From Nannocystis bainbridge (GTDB lineage Bacteria > Myxococcota_A > Polyangia > Nannocystales > Nannocystaceae): a DNA stretch of 64,000 nucleotides. Location: contig NZ_JAQNDL010000001.1 in the NCBI RefSeq assembly GCF_028368995.1, forward strand, positions 2,912,001 through 2,976,000, in the 5' to 3' direction. Positions within the stretch are counted from its first letter, which is position 1, and each line of letters starts with the position of its first letter. This document shows, one piece after another, positions 31,230 through 41,286 of the stretch. A program made the position numbers and the translations under genes. A model generated the notes under the pieces. That model was given only the letters and a program-made list of their open reading frames with translations, made no database searches and was not told where the DNA came from.

Positions 31230-33374
31230 ATGAGCACCGTGATGGCCGAATCGACTCTCCATATTTCTTCGAGTGAGGATGTCACCGCTGCGGAGGTTCG
31301 ACGCCGATTGCGCGGCGCCCGGATCCTCCTGGTCGGCCTCGATCCGTGGGGCGTCGCTGCCGCGGTCGATCTGGCCGCGGCTGGCGTCGGGGCGCTGCAC
31401 ATCCTCGATGACGCGCAGGTGTCGGAGGATGACCTCGCCGCGGAGGTCTTCCCCGAGAATACGCGCGGGCTCGAGCGGGCGGCAGCGCTCTGCGCGACGC
31501 TGCGGCGGATCGCCCCCGAATGCGCAGCCACCTGGAAGCGGCTGTCGGTCGCCGCCCATCGTCCCCTCCTCCACGACGACGGCCGCTGGGATCTGGTGAT
31601 AGCCTGCGTCGCCGCCGACGAACTGCTGGTCCTGCAGAGCGTCGCCCGCTACGCCCATGCGGCCCGAGCGCCCTCGCTCAGTGCCCATATGGATGGACTC
31701 GATGCAGTGATCGGGCCGGCCGTCATACCGGGCGAGACGGCTTGCTGGGAGTGTCATCGATTGCGTCGGCTCGCCCATACCGAGGAAGGCCGCGTCGAGC
31801 ACGCGCTCCAGACCACGCTCCTGAGCGAACGGCCGCAGCCGCGCCGGCGCACTTGTCTGGCGTCCATGCCTGCATTGGTCGGCCACGCCGCCGCGCTCGC
31901 GGCGATCAATCTGCTGGTGCGAGGCAGCGCTTCCCGGTTCGCCGGCGCCGTCGTCGTGCAGAACCTCGTCGAGTTGGAGTCGTCCCTCCACTCCGTGCTG
32001 CGGATGCCCTGGTGCGAGATCTGCGGCGGCGCGCATGCGGCACGGGCAAACGACAGGTCAGCCGGCGACGCCGCGCCGCGCCTCGACGCCGCGCGCACGC
32101 CGGAGGAGCTGCGACGGATGCTCGTGGGTGTGGTCGACGCACGAGTGGGGATCGTGCGACAGGTCGAGATGGATCTGCTCAATCCAGTGAACGCGCCCGA
32201 TCTGCCGATCACGGCGACGGCGGTCCTCGGGCAGTACACGGACGGTCATTATCGATCGTCGCATTGTGGGGTGCCGAAGCTCGGCTCAGGAAAGGGCAGC
32301 ACGCTCGTCGAGGCGATGATCGGCGCGGTGGGAGAGGCGGTCGAACGCTATTCGGCGGGACGCTTCCGCGCCCGTGACTTGCTGCGCACGGCAGTCGGCG
32401 CGATGACGGGAGGCTTCATCGCCCCGGAGCGGCTCTGCTTGTACAGCGACGACCAGTACGCTCGACCCGGATTCCCGTATGCGCGGCTCGATCCGCGGAC
32501 GCCGATCGACTGGACGCTGGGGCACTGGCTCGGGACGAGCAGCGTCGTGGCAGTGCCGGCGCTGCCGGTGTATTACAACTACCCGGCCCCGCCCGAGAGC
32601 CACTTCTGTCAGGTCACCTCGAACGGGCTCGCCGCAGGTGCAGAGCTCGAGGACGCCTCGCTGCGGGCCGCGCTCGAGCTCGTCGAGCGCGACGCGTTCA
32701 TGATCTCGTGGCTCGCGCGTCGACCGGGGCGGCGGCTGCGACTGAATCGTCCGTTGGACCCCGTCTCACAAGAGATCCTGCGGCAACTCGCAGAGCGCGG
32801 CGTGCGGGTCGAACTGTACCTGCTCGACGTGGGCCTCGCGGTCCCCGTCGTGATGAGCGTGGGCCACGGCGACGGGGTTCGCTGGCCAGGCGCGACGGTC
32901 GCTCTCGCCGCGCACCTGAGCCCGCGCAATGCGATCCGCAAGTCGATCCTCGAGCAAGCGCACGTCGGGCCGTATCTCCATCGCCTGATGATCTCTGGGA
33001 GCGTGGCGATCCCGGAGCGTCCAGAGGACGTGCATACGCTCGATGAGCACGCGCATTACTACTTCCCGCCGAGCCGGGCGTCCGCGTTCGCGTTCCTCGG
33101 CGCGGGGGGCACGATCGCGGCCAGCGACCTCGAAGAGCCGGAAGATCTGTCTCTGGCCGGGCTCGTGAGGCGGATCGAAGCCGCTGGGCTGCGTGTCGCC
33201 GTCGTCGACGTCACGTCCCCGGACCTCGCGCCTACGCCGTTCCGGGTGGTCAGGGCGGTGGGGCCCGATTTCCAGCAGATCCATTTCGGTCACCTCCTCG
33301 CGCGCCTCGGTAACCCACGCCTGGCGGCGATGGCTTCGCAGGGGATCAACCCCGACCCGCACCCAATGGCTTGA
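31230..33374 (+). CDS. Fused E1-like/YcaO cyclodehydratase (TOMM C-D)
   Basis: N-terminal ThiF-like domain (IGPAVIPGETACWEC, PWCEIC). YcaO motifs GSGKG, GEAVERYS, TSNGLAAG and ELVERDAF. C-terminal PDPHPMA is typical of azoline-forming YcaOs. Confidence 0.93.
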   Translation: MSTVMAESTLHISSSEDVTAAEVRRRLRGARILLVGLDPWGVAAAVDLAAAGVGALHILDDAQVSEDDLAAEVFPENTRGLERAAALCATLRRIAPECAATWKRLSVAAHRPLLHDDGRWDLVIACVAADELLVLQSVARYAHAARAPSLSAHMDGLDAVIGPAVIPGETACWECHRLRRLAHTEEGRVEHALQTTLLSERPQPRRRTCLASMPALVGHAAALAAINLLVRGSASRFAGAVVVQNLVELESSLHSVLRMPWCEICGGAHAARANDRSAGDAAPRLDAARTPEELRRMLVGVVDARVGIVRQVEMDLLNPVNAPDLPITATAVLGQYTDGHYRSSHCGVPKLGSGKGSTLVEAMIGAVGEAVERYSAGRFRARDLLRTAVGAMTGGFIAPERLCLYSDDQYARPGFPYARLDPRTPIDWTLGHWLGTSSVVAVPALPVYYNYPAPPESHFCQVTSNGLAAGAELEDASLRAALELVERDAFMISWLARRPGRRLRLNRPLDPVSQEILRQLAERGVRVELYLLDVGLAVPVVMSVGHGDGVRWPGATVALAAHLSPRNAIRKSILEQAHVGPYLHRLMISGSVAIPERPEDVHTLDEHAHYYFPPSRASAFAFLGAGGTIAASDLEEPEDLSLAGLVRRIEAAGLRVAVVDVTSPDLAPTPFRVVRAVGPDFQQIHFGHLLARLGNPRLAAMASQGINPDPHPMA

Positions 33375-33384
33375 GGAGAGCACC

Positions 33385-34149
33385 ATGGCCCGGAGCAATG
33401 AGACGAACATCGCGCGGCTCTATCACCTTCACTCTTCGCACGTGCGGGCGCGCAGCGTCGACCCGGCGCACGAGGTCGACCTGCACCCGCCGCGGTTCCG
33501 CGTCTACCCTGGTTCGCTGCGCGTGGCCCTCCCGGGGCGAGACTTCGCACTCGACGCGCCGCTCGGCGCGGTGCTCGAGCGTCGGCGTTCATTGCGCGAG
33601 TACGTGCGTGCGACGATGCCGCTGGAGACGCTCGGTCGGCTGCTCTACGCCAGCTACGGGGTCCGCGGCAGCCGCGAAGTCGAAGGGGACCTCAACTACG
33701 AGCGCTCCGCGCCTTCGGCCGGGGCCCGCTATCCGCTGGAGATCTATCTTGCGACGCAATCCGTGGAGGGCGTCGAGGATGGCATCTATCATTACGACCC
33801 CCGCGCACATGAGCTCGAGCTGCGGCGCGTCGGCCTCGCGCAGCCGACCCTGATGGATCTGGCGATCGGCCAGGCGATGGTCGGGGAGGCCAATGTGGTG
33901 CTGATCATTACCGCGTTGGCGATGCGCACGATGTGGAAGTACGGCCAGCGCGGCTATCGTTACCTGTTCCTCGACGCCGGGCATCTCGGCCAGAACGTGT
34001 ACCTCTCGGCGACGGCGCTCGGCCTGTGCCCGGCGGCTCTGGGCGGATTCTTCGACGGCGAGCTGAATGCGCTGCTCGAGCTGCCGAGCGACGAGGAGGC
34101 GATCTACCTCATATGTGTCGGTCAGCCCGCGCCGGGGTCGCCCCCGTGA
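33385..34149 (+). CDS. SagB/ThcOx-type FMN dehydrogenase (azoline oxidase)
   Basis: RRRSLREY, RSAPSAGARYPLEIY and WKYGQRGYRYLFLDAGHLGQN. Confidence 0.92.
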   Translation: MARSNETNIARLYHLHSSHVRARSVDPAHEVDLHPPRFRVYPGSLRVALPGRDFALDAPLGAVLERRRSLREYVRATMPLETLGRLLYASYGVRGSREVEGDLNYERSAPSAGARYPLEIYLATQSVEGVEDGIYHYDPRAHELELRRVGLAQPTLMDLAIGQAMVGEANVVLIITALAMRTMWKYGQRGYRYLFLDAGHLGQNVYLSATALGLCPAALGGFFDGELNALLELPSDEEAIYLICVGQPAPGSPP

Positions 34150-34178
34150 CAAGACGCGAAGTTTCAGAGGAGAACGTC

Positions 34179-35213
34179 GTGCCCAACATTCGTCTCAGCC
34201 GCTCGGCCAGCATGACACAGACGGGCGAGGGGGTCATCCTCCGCTCGGATCTCGGCACCTTCCAGATCACCGGCCCTGATATGGTCGCATTCCTCGAGCT
34301 CATGATCCCTCTGCTCGATGGGTCGCGCGATCGCGAGGCGTTGTTTCACGCGCTCAGCGGCTATTCGCGGCCGAGCGTGGGCGCGTTCCTCGATCTGTTG
34401 CAGAACCACGGCCTGATCGAGGCGGTGAACGACGCCGCGACGTTCCCCGGGCGCCTACGCGGGCAGCAGGAGTTTCTCGGCAAGTGGTCCGTGACCCCGA
34501 AGCGGACGCTCGAGCGATTGGCAGCCGCTCGAGTGCTGGTGATCGGCCTCGAGCCCTGGGGGGCGTCGGCGGCCGCCGAGCTGTCCGCGGCCGGGATCGC
34601 CGGGCTGCACCTGGTCGACGACGGCGAGCTGGGCCCACGCGACCTCACGGCCCTGCGGGGGCGCGGCGAGGCGGTCCTCGGGGCCACGCGGCGGGAGGTT
34701 ATGGCGGCGTTGCTGCGGGAGCGCGCACCGTGGTGCCGGATCGAGGACAGCTCGCTCGCGGCGCTCGAGGCGACGCCGGCCGCCGGGACCCCTGGATCGT
34801 GGGATCTCATCATCGTGGCGATCCGTCCGGACGACCTCGTACGAATGGAGCGCGTGGCGAGGTTCGCCCACCGCAGCGGGACGCCGTCCCTGTGGTCACA
34901 CCTCGACGGTGAGACGGCGATCCTCGGCCCGCTGGTGGCGCCGGGGAAGACCGCCTGCCCGCTGTGCGCACTGACCGAGGTGTTGCAGCCTCCCCGCACA
35001 CCCGTCCCCGGCCCATCCTCCCCTGTCTGTGCCGACGCGGCGGCACAGCTGCTCGGGCACCTGGTCGCCATCGAGGCGGTCAAGGCGATCACCGAGTACA
35101 CCCTCCCGAGGATCGGCGGACGCATGCTGGTCCAGCAGCTCGCCACCCTCGAGGCGTCGATCCACACGCTGGTGCGATTGCCGTGGTGTCGCGTCTGCGG
35201 CGAACGACCCTGA
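34179..35213 (+). CDS. Ocin-ThiF-like leader-binding protein (RRE + E1-like, HcaF/TfxB type)
   Basis: GAGGAG RBS. N-terminal wHTH RRE (LLDGSRDREAL..FLDLLQNHGLIE), then LGPLVAPGKTACPLC and PWCRVC. Paralogous to the YcaO N-terminus. Confidence 0.85.
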   Translation: MPNIRLSRSASMTQTGEGVILRSDLGTFQITGPDMVAFLELMIPLLDGSRDREALFHALSGYSRPSVGAFLDLLQNHGLIEAVNDAATFPGRLRGQQEFLGKWSVTPKRTLERLAAARVLVIGLEPWGASAAAELSAAGIAGLHLVDDGELGPRDLTALRGRGEAVLGATRREVMAALLRERAPWCRIEDSSLAALEATPAAGTPGSWDLIIVAIRPDDLVRMERVARFAHRSGTPSLWSHLDGETAILGPLVAPGKTACPLCALTEVLQPPRTPVPGPSSPVCADAAAQLLGHLVAIEAVKAITEYTLPRIGGRMLVQQLATLEASIHTLVRLPWCRVCGERP

Positions 35214-35440
35214 TCGGTCGCCTGCGGAGGCGAGCCCCGTCACGCCGACCGAGCAGACGCCGCGCACGAAGAGAGCGAGCGCGCGGCGTTCCTGTGCACG
35301 CGCCGGCTGCGGACCCGCGCGACCGAGCGGCCTGGCGCTCTGTGTGCATACGCTGCGGCGGCGAATGTGAGCAGTCGAGGGCGCTGCGAATGTTGCGCGC
35401 GCCCGGGCCCGCGCCACGGTGACGGGAAGCGCCTGTCGCC

Positions 35441-36739
35441 ATGATCTACTTCATGTTCGCCACCGGCATCGAGAACAGCTGCCCGACGGTCGGCGGCCGC
35501 AGGGTCGACGAGATGGCGAAGTGCCGGCATTACGAGCTCTGGCGGCGCGACTTCGACCTCGTGGACGAGTGCGAGATCCGCTACTTGCGGTACGGCCCGC
35601 CCATCTACCGGACCTGGCTCGGCCCGGGCAGGTACGACTGGGAATTCGCCGACGAGACCTTCGCCGAGCTGCGCCGGCGGGACATCCTCCCGATCACCGA
35701 CCTCTGCCACTTCGGCGTGCCGGATTGGCTCGGCGACTACCAGAACCCCGAATTCCCGGCGCTGTTCGCCGACTATGCCCGCGCGTTCGCCGAGCGGTTC
35801 CCGTGGGTCCAGCTCTACACGCCCATCAACGAGATGTACATCTGCGCCCTGTTCTCGGCCAAGTACGGCTGGTGGAACGAGCAGTTGAAGACGGACCGGG
35901 CGTTCGTGACGGCGCTCAAGCACATCGTCAAGGCCAACGTGCTGGCGATGGGCCGGATCCTCGAGGTGCGGCCCGACGCGATCTTCATCCAGAGCGAGTC
36001 CAGCGAGTATTACCACGCCCAGAACCCCGCGGCGATCCATCCGGCGGAGACCCTCAACGCGGTGCGGTTCCTGTCGCTCGACTTGAACTACGGGCACCGC
36101 GTCAATTCTACGATGTACGAGTATCTGTTCGACAACGGCTTGACGCGCGACGAGTACCACTTCTTCCTCACCGGCGGGCTCAAGCACCACTGCGTGATGG
36201 GTAACGACTATTATACGACGAACGAGCATTTGGTCCACCCCGACGGCACGACCGAGGCGTCCGGCGAGATCTTCGGCTATGCGGTCATCACGGGTCAGTA
36301 CTATGACCGCTACCGCCTGCCGATCATGCACACCGAGACCAACCTCATGGAGGGTCCGGACAAGAACGAGCCGATCCGGTGGCTGCGGAAGCAGTGGGCC
36401 AACGTCCTGCGCGTGCGCAACGACGGCCTGCCGATCGTCGGCTTCACCTGGTATTCGCTCGTCGACCAGGTCGACTGGGACACCGCGCTGCGCGAGGACA
36501 ACGGACGCGTCAACCCGCTGGGCCTGTGCGACCTCGACCGCAAGCTGCGCCCGGTCGGCGAGGTCTACCGGCAGTTGATCGCGGAGTGGCGCGAGGTCCT
36601 GCCGACGCAGAGCGTCGTGCTCGGCCTGCCCGTGCGCCCGCCGAGCCAGCACGACGACGCTTCCACGCGCGACCTCGTCGCCAGCGCGCGCAGCCGCGAG
36701 CGACGCTACCAACACGCGCCGTCGAACGATCCATCGTGA
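35441..36739 (+). CDS. Glycoside hydrolase family 1 protein
   Basis: FATGIENS, DLCHFGVPDW, YTPINE (acid/base), HTETN (nucleophile) and GFTWYSLVDQVDW. Confidence 0.85.
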   Translation: MIYFMFATGIENSCPTVGGRRVDEMAKCRHYELWRRDFDLVDECEIRYLRYGPPIYRTWLGPGRYDWEFADETFAELRRRDILPITDLCHFGVPDWLGDYQNPEFPALFADYARAFAERFPWVQLYTPINEMYICALFSAKYGWWNEQLKTDRAFVTALKHIVKANVLAMGRILEVRPDAIFIQSESSEYYHAQNPAAIHPAETLNAVRFLSLDLNYGHRVNSTMYEYLFDNGLTRDEYHFFLTGGLKHHCVMGNDYYTTNEHLVHPDGTTEASGEIFGYAVITGQYYDRYRLPIMHTETNLMEGPDKNEPIRWLRKQWANVLRVRNDGLPIVGFTWYSLVDQVDWDTALREDNGRVNPLGLCDLDRKLRPVGEVYRQLIAEWREVLPTQSVVLGLPVRPPSQHDDASTRDLVASARSRERRYQHAPSNDPS

Positions 36740-36753
36740 ACCAGGAGCCGGAC

Positions 36754-37524
36754 ATGCCTGACGCGCCCGAGAGCTCTCCACCCAGCCGCCGCTTCGCCGG
36801 CAAGGCCGCGATCGTGACCGGTGGCGCCAGCGGCATCGGCCTCGCCGCGGCCCGCCGGCTCGCCGCCGAGGGGGCCAGGCTGGTGCTCGCCGACATGCAC
36901 GGGGAGGCCGCGAGGTCCGCCGCCGAGGCGCTCGTCGCCGCGGGGGCCCCCGAGGCGTTCGGCGTCACGTGCGACGTGGGCAAGGCCGAGCAGGTCGATG
37001 CGTGCATGCGTCAGGCGCTCGACCGCTTCGGCGCCGTCGACGTGATCGTCAACAACGCGGGCCTGATGACCTTCAAGCCGTTCATCGACCTGACCGGCGC
37101 CGACTGGGCGCGCGTGCTCGGCGTCGACTTGATGGGCGCGTTCTTCTTCATTCAGCAGGGCCTCGTGCACATGAAGCCGGGCGGGGCGATCGTCAACGTG
37201 TCGAGCATCCACGCCCGCGAGACCGAGCCGCATGTCGCCCCGTACGCGGCGGCCAAGGCGGCCCTGGTGTCGCTGACGCGCAGCGCAGCGATCGAGGGCA
37301 AGCCGCGGGGGATCCGCGTCAACGCCGTCCTGCCCGGGGCGATCGACACGCCGATGCTGTGGGAGAACCCCAATGTGAAGTCCGGCGTCGAGCGGATCGA
37401 TCGCTCCGAGGTGGGCCGGCCCGAGGACATCGCCGCCGCCATCGCGTTCCTGGCCGCCCCGGAGGCGGCGTTCGTGCGAGGAACCGCGGTCGTCGTCGAT
37501 GGCGGCCGGCTCGCGCGCCTGTGA
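36754..37524 (+). CDS. Short-chain dehydrogenase/reductase
   Basis: TGGASGIG, NNAG, NVSS, YAAAK and PGAIDTPM. Confidence 0.92.
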   Translation: MPDAPESSPPSRRFAGKAAIVTGGASGIGLAAARRLAAEGARLVLADMHGEAARSAAEALVAAGAPEAFGVTCDVGKAEQVDACMRQALDRFGAVDVIVNNAGLMTFKPFIDLTGADWARVLGVDLMGAFFFIQQGLVHMKPGGAIVNVSSIHARETEPHVAPYAAAKAALVSLTRSAAIEGKPRGIRVNAVLPGAIDTPMLWENPNVKSGVERIDRSEVGRPEDIAAAIAFLAAPEAAFVRGTAVVVDGGRLARL

Positions 37525-37543
37525 TCGCGAGGACGAGGTGCGC

Positions 37544-37927
37544 TCAATGGGGCTTCGGCTCGGCGGGCTCCCAGGTCTCATTCTGGATGTCGTGCACGGT
37601 GAAGTTACCCTTCATGAAGTAGTCGCTCGCAAACTCGGAGGCGGTCATCGAGACCTCCATCGTCCCCGACTCGCCATGCCCGGTGAAGAACAGACCGTTG
37701 GCGGTGAGCAGGGCTTCCGCGTCCTCGTCTTCGTTGGAGAACCGCCCCGACCCCGTCTCGCTGTATTTCCGGCGTCCGAGGTGCTTGCGAATCATCGCCA
37801 GTTGGTCGTCCGAGAACTTCGGCAGCCCTGCAGCATTCTCGATGTAGGCGTCTCGCTGCTCCTGATCGGGCAGGTCGTGATAATCGGTCTTGACCTGGAC
37901 TGGATAGACGTGGATGTGCCAGCTCAT
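37544..37927 (-). CDS. Hypothetical protein
   Basis: MSWHIHVYPVQVK...; protein-like composition in a lower-GC patch. Confidence 0.5.
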   Translation of the reverse strand: MSWHIHVYPVQVKTDYHDLPDQEQRDAYIENAAGLPKFSDDQLAMIRKHLGRRKYSETGSGRFSNEDEDAEALLTANGLFFTGHGESGTMEVSMTASEFASDYFMKGNFTVHDIQNETWEPAEPKPH

Positions 37928-38129
37928 GAATTTCCTGGGGTCGCGAACGAGGACCACCGTCCTCGCGCGCCGGCATCCTGCCACGGAGCGCCGACGCTGC
38001 GCAAGCGAGCGCGATGCACCCGCGAGAGTCGCCCTCGCCCCGGCTATTCTGATGAAGAACGCGCTCGCCGATGGATTGTCCGCGATTTCTGTTGACAGCG
38101 GGTGGAGCTCCGACGCTACGATAAACGCC

Positions 38130-38846
38130 ATGACAGTGTACGCGCGCTACAGCGACCTGATCAGGACGATTCCATCTGAGGGAATTCAGATGCGCACCCG
38201 CCCCGTGGTGGTGGCGCCGGATGCGGAGGCGCTCGCGTTCGAGATCGCGGATTGGTCGATTCACCTGACCGACGGTCTTCACGCGTACTTGACGAACCTG
38301 TCGCGGGTGAAGATCTCATGGCATCTCGTTCCTGATTCGGCTCTGGCGCGCGCGCTGGAAGCCGACGCGTGGATCAGGTCGAACTATCTCGACCAGGGCT
38401 ACAGCTTCAGCTTTTTGGACGAGCTCTTGAGTGGAGACATGGCCTATCTCGACATCGGGTCGATGATTCTCGAAAACCGCGCGCCAGACGCTGGTTACAA
38501 GGGTGCGCTGCAATACTGCAAGATCGATGGGCAGCCGGTCGACGTCGGCGCGTTCTACCCCTTCGAGTACCATTGGGGCCTGGTCGCCTTGATCCAAAAG
38601 GATGCTTCGGGCGCCTTGAGCGACCAGGTGTGGCTCCTTCAGCAAGAGCAAGACCCGTGGCTCGTCGATATGAAGCTGACACTCGCGCAGTACGTCGAGC
38701 TCGCCTACAGGGCACGGGGCTTCCACCATTGGCAGCTCGCCTACCTGAACCGCCGTGACCCGACGTTCGCACGGATGAAGTTCGCGTTGCCGAAGATGTT
38801 CCCGACCGCGACCTTCGGGGAGTCCATCTTCGAACCGAGTCCATGA
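38130..38846 (+). CDS. Hypothetical protein, possibly SMI1/KNR4 (SUKH)-like immunity protein
   Basis: Aromatic-rich, with FYPFEY and LTLAQYVELAYRARGFHHWQ; lower GC. The family call is tentative. Confidence 0.45.
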   Translation: MTVYARYSDLIRTIPSEGIQMRTRPVVVAPDAEALAFEIADWSIHLTDGLHAYLTNLSRVKISWHLVPDSALARALEADAWIRSNYLDQGYSFSFLDELLSGDMAYLDIGSMILENRAPDAGYKGALQYCKIDGQPVDVGAFYPFEYHWGLVALIQKDASGALSDQVWLLQQEQDPWLVDMKLTLAQYVELAYRARGFHHWQLAYLNRRDPTFARMKFALPKMFPTATFGESIFEPSP

Positions 38847-38952
38847 TCCCGCTGTAGATCTTGGATCGAGCGGGCGAATCGAGCGAATCGCGGTTCGGCC
38901 CGCGAGGGCTGCTTCGTTCGGCGGCGGGCGTGGTACCGTCGCGGGCCCCGTC

Positions 38953-40176
38953 ATGCCGCTGCGATCGCTCTTCGCGGGCTTGCTGGCCGCCGCCCAGGTG
39001 CCCGAACCGTTGCCGCCCGCGAGCGGCGCCGCGATCGAGTGGCGCGCACCGGCGTCGTGTCCGGATCGCGGCGCGCTGCTGCGGGCGATCGAGACCCGGC
39101 TCGGTCGATCGCTGCGGCCCGGCGAGCTCGGCGTCGACGGTGTCGTCACGGTCCACGCGACCCCGCCGCTGTACCGCCTGGCGCTGCGCCTGCGCGCGGG
39201 CGGGCCCGAGGAGCGGCGGACGCTGACCGCGGCGACCTGCGCCGCGCTGACCGACGCGACCGCCGTGCTCGTCGCGTCCGCGGTCGCTGCCCGGGCGCCC
39301 GGGGACCCGGGGGTCGGGCAGGCGCCCGCGGTGCCGGGGCCCGCGGGCGCCCGGCCGCGCGGCAAGCCGTCGATAGTGACCCCGGCGGGCGGCCACCCGG
39401 CAGCGACCCCGGCGGGCAGTGAGCCGGGAGCGACCCCGCCGGGCAGGGAGCCGGCGGGCCAGCCCGCGGGCGCGCTGGCGACCCCCGCGGAGGCCGTCGA
39501 GGACATCACGCCCTCCGGCCCGCCCGCGCCGGACGACCCGCCCGCGGCCGCCTGGGAGCCCGCGCCGCCGCCGGTGGTGCCAGGGACCGTCGAGGAGCGC
39601 GCCCTGGAGCCCGTGGAGCCGCTCGCGCCGCCAGCCGAGCCGGCGCGGCGGCCCGCGCTCGGGGGCTTCGTGCGCGTCCAGGGCGGGCCGGAGTACGGCG
39701 CGCTGCCCGGGATGACCGGCGCGGTCGGCCTGGCGGCGGGCCTGTTGTGGCGGCGAGCGCGGTTGGAGGTCCAGGGCGTCTGGCTCGCCCCGCGGACCGC
39801 CGACCGCGCCCAGGGCCAGCTACGGGCCTCGCTGGCGGCCGCGTCGGTCCAGGGCTGCGCGCGGCTGGGGCGCGGGCGGGTCGAGGCGCCGGTGTGCGGC
39901 GGGCTCGAGCTCGGCGGCATGCGCGGAGAAGCGCGCGGCGTACCCGACGCGCGCACGACCACCGGCCTGTGGCTGGCGGTGGTCGCCGGCGCCGGCGTCG
40001 CGGTGCGGCTCGGCGCGCGCTGGAGCCTGACGGGGGCCCTGCAGCTCGCCGGGGCGATCGTCGGTCCGGACTTTCAGGTGCGCGATCCGGGCCCGGCCGT
40101 GCGGCTGTTCGCGCCCGCCCCGGTGACCGGCCGGCTGCTCGTCGGGGTCGAGGTGCGGCTCGGCGATCCGCGGTGA
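38953..40176 (+). CDS. Secreted protein with Pro-rich linker and beta-barrel-like C-terminus (ECF module 2)
   Basis: IEWRAPASCPD, RTLTAATCAALTDA, a Pro-rich repeat linker, and amphipathic strands ending GVEVRLG. Confidence 0.65.
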   Translation: MPLRSLFAGLLAAAQVPEPLPPASGAAIEWRAPASCPDRGALLRAIETRLGRSLRPGELGVDGVVTVHATPPLYRLALRLRAGGPEERRTLTAATCAALTDATAVLVASAVAARAPGDPGVGQAPAVPGPAGARPRGKPSIVTPAGGHPAATPAGSEPGATPPGREPAGQPAGALATPAEAVEDITPSGPPAPDDPPAAAWEPAPPPVVPGTVEERALEPVEPLAPPAEPARRPALGGFVRVQGGPEYGALPGMTGAVGLAAGLLWRRARLEVQGVWLAPRTADRAQGQLRASLAAASVQGCARLGRGRVEAPVCGGLELGGMRGEARGVPDARTTTGLWLAVVAGAGVAVRLGARWSLTGALQLAGAIVGPDFQVRDPGPAVRLFAPAPVTGRLLVGVEVRLGDPR

Positions 40177-40200
40177 CGGATCGCCGCGCGAGCCGGGCAA
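40171..40200 (+). promoter_or_regulatory. Putative ECF promoter, copy 1 (CGGTGACGGA-N8-CGAGCCGGGCAA)
   Basis: Lies 15 bp before the sigma ATG; boxes and spacing match 41281-41310. Confidence 0.55.
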
Positions 40201-40215
40201 TCTATCCGGAACAGC

Positions 40216-41286
40216 ATGTCCGCGGCCCGCCACACCGACCCGCAGCGCACCCGCGAGTTCCGCGCGATCTACCGGCGCGAGTTCGAGTTCGTGTGGGCGT
40301 CGGCGCGGCGCTTCGGGGTCGCCGCCGAGGCGGTCGACGACGCGGTCCAGGAGGTGTTTCTGACCGCCTACCGCCGCTTCGATCAGCTGCATTACGAGGT
40401 CTCGCCGCGGGCGTGGCTGTATGGCGTCACCCGCAGGGTCGCCGCCCACTACCGGCGCGGCGCGTCGCGGCGGGCCCGCAGGGTCGAGGCGCTGCGGATC
40501 TTGCCCCCGCCGCCCGAGTCGCCGCAGCAGCGCCTCGACGCCGCTCACCACCTCGATCACCTGCTCGACCGGCTCGGCCCCGGCACCCGCGTCGTGTTCG
40601 AGATGGTCGAGCTGCTCGGCATGAGCGGGCCCGAGGTCGCGGCCGAGCTCGGGCAGCCGCTCAACACCGTGTACTCGCGGCTGCGCCTGGCGCGGGGCCA
40701 GTTGCAGGCGCTCGTCGAGCCGCAGGAGCTGGCCGCCCGGGTCGCCGCCGCCCGCGAGCGCGAGGCGCCGCCGGCGGAGGCCGAGCAGCGGACGTGGGCG
40801 CTCGTGCTGCCGCTGCTCGGCAAGCCGGCCGCGAGCGTCGGCCTCGGCGCGTGGCTCACGGCGCGGGCTGGTTTTGCGACCACGCTCGTCGTGGCCGGCG
40901 GCGCGCTGGTCGTCGCGCTCGTCCGCAGCCCGCCGGCTCCCGCCCCGGCGCTGCCGGACCCGACCCCGACGCCGGTCCTCGCGGCCGCGCCGGCCCCCGC
41001 GGCCGCGCCGGCGCCCGGGCCCGACGCGCTCGCCCGCGAGGTCGCGCTGCTCGACCAGGCCCGGCTCGCCGCCGCCGACCCGCCGCGGGCGCTCGAGCTG
41101 CTCGCCCAGCACGCGCGCGAGTTCCCGCGCGGCGCGCTCGCCGACGCCCGCGAGGCCGCACGCATCGGCGCGATGTGCCGCCAGGGTCAAGTCGAAGCCG
41201 CCGAGGCGGCCGCGCGCGAGCTGCTCGCCGGATACCCCGCGTCGTCGATCGCCCGCCGCCACGAAAATTATCGCTGCACCCGGTGA
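40216..41286 (+). CDS. ECF sigma factor fused to TM segment and TPR-like domain
   Basis: DDAVQEVFL, RAWLYGVTRRVA and MSGPEVAAELGQPLNTVYSRLRLAR, then a hydrophobic TM, Pro linker and QHAREFPRGALADAREA. Confidence 0.85.
   Translation: MSAARHTDPQRTREFRAIYRREFEFVWASARRFGVAAEAVDDAVQEVFLTAYRRFDQLHYEVSPRAWLYGVTRRVAAHYRRGASRRARRVEALRILPPPPESPQQRLDAAHHLDHLLDRLGPGTRVVFEMVELLGMSGPEVAAELGQPLNTVYSRLRLARGQLQALVEPQELAARVAAAREREAPPAEAEQRTWALVLPLLGKPAASVGLGAWLTARAGFATTLVVAGGALVVALVRSPPAPAPALPDPTPTPVLAAAPAPAAAPAPGPDALAREVALLDQARLAAADPPRALELLAQHAREFPRGALADAREAARIGAMCRQGQVEAAEAAARELLAGYPASSIARRHENYRCTR

Noticed and set aside
35441-37524. GH1 and SDR as RiPP tailoring enzymes
   Set aside because: Separated from the cluster by ~230 bp, and both are common stand-alone carbohydrate-related genes. 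Nothing in the sequence ties them to the RiPP.
39380-39490. Tandem DNA repeats in the 38953-40176 gene
   Set aside because: They encode a Pro/Ala linker (ATPAG.EP), i.e. ordinary low-complexity coding sequence.
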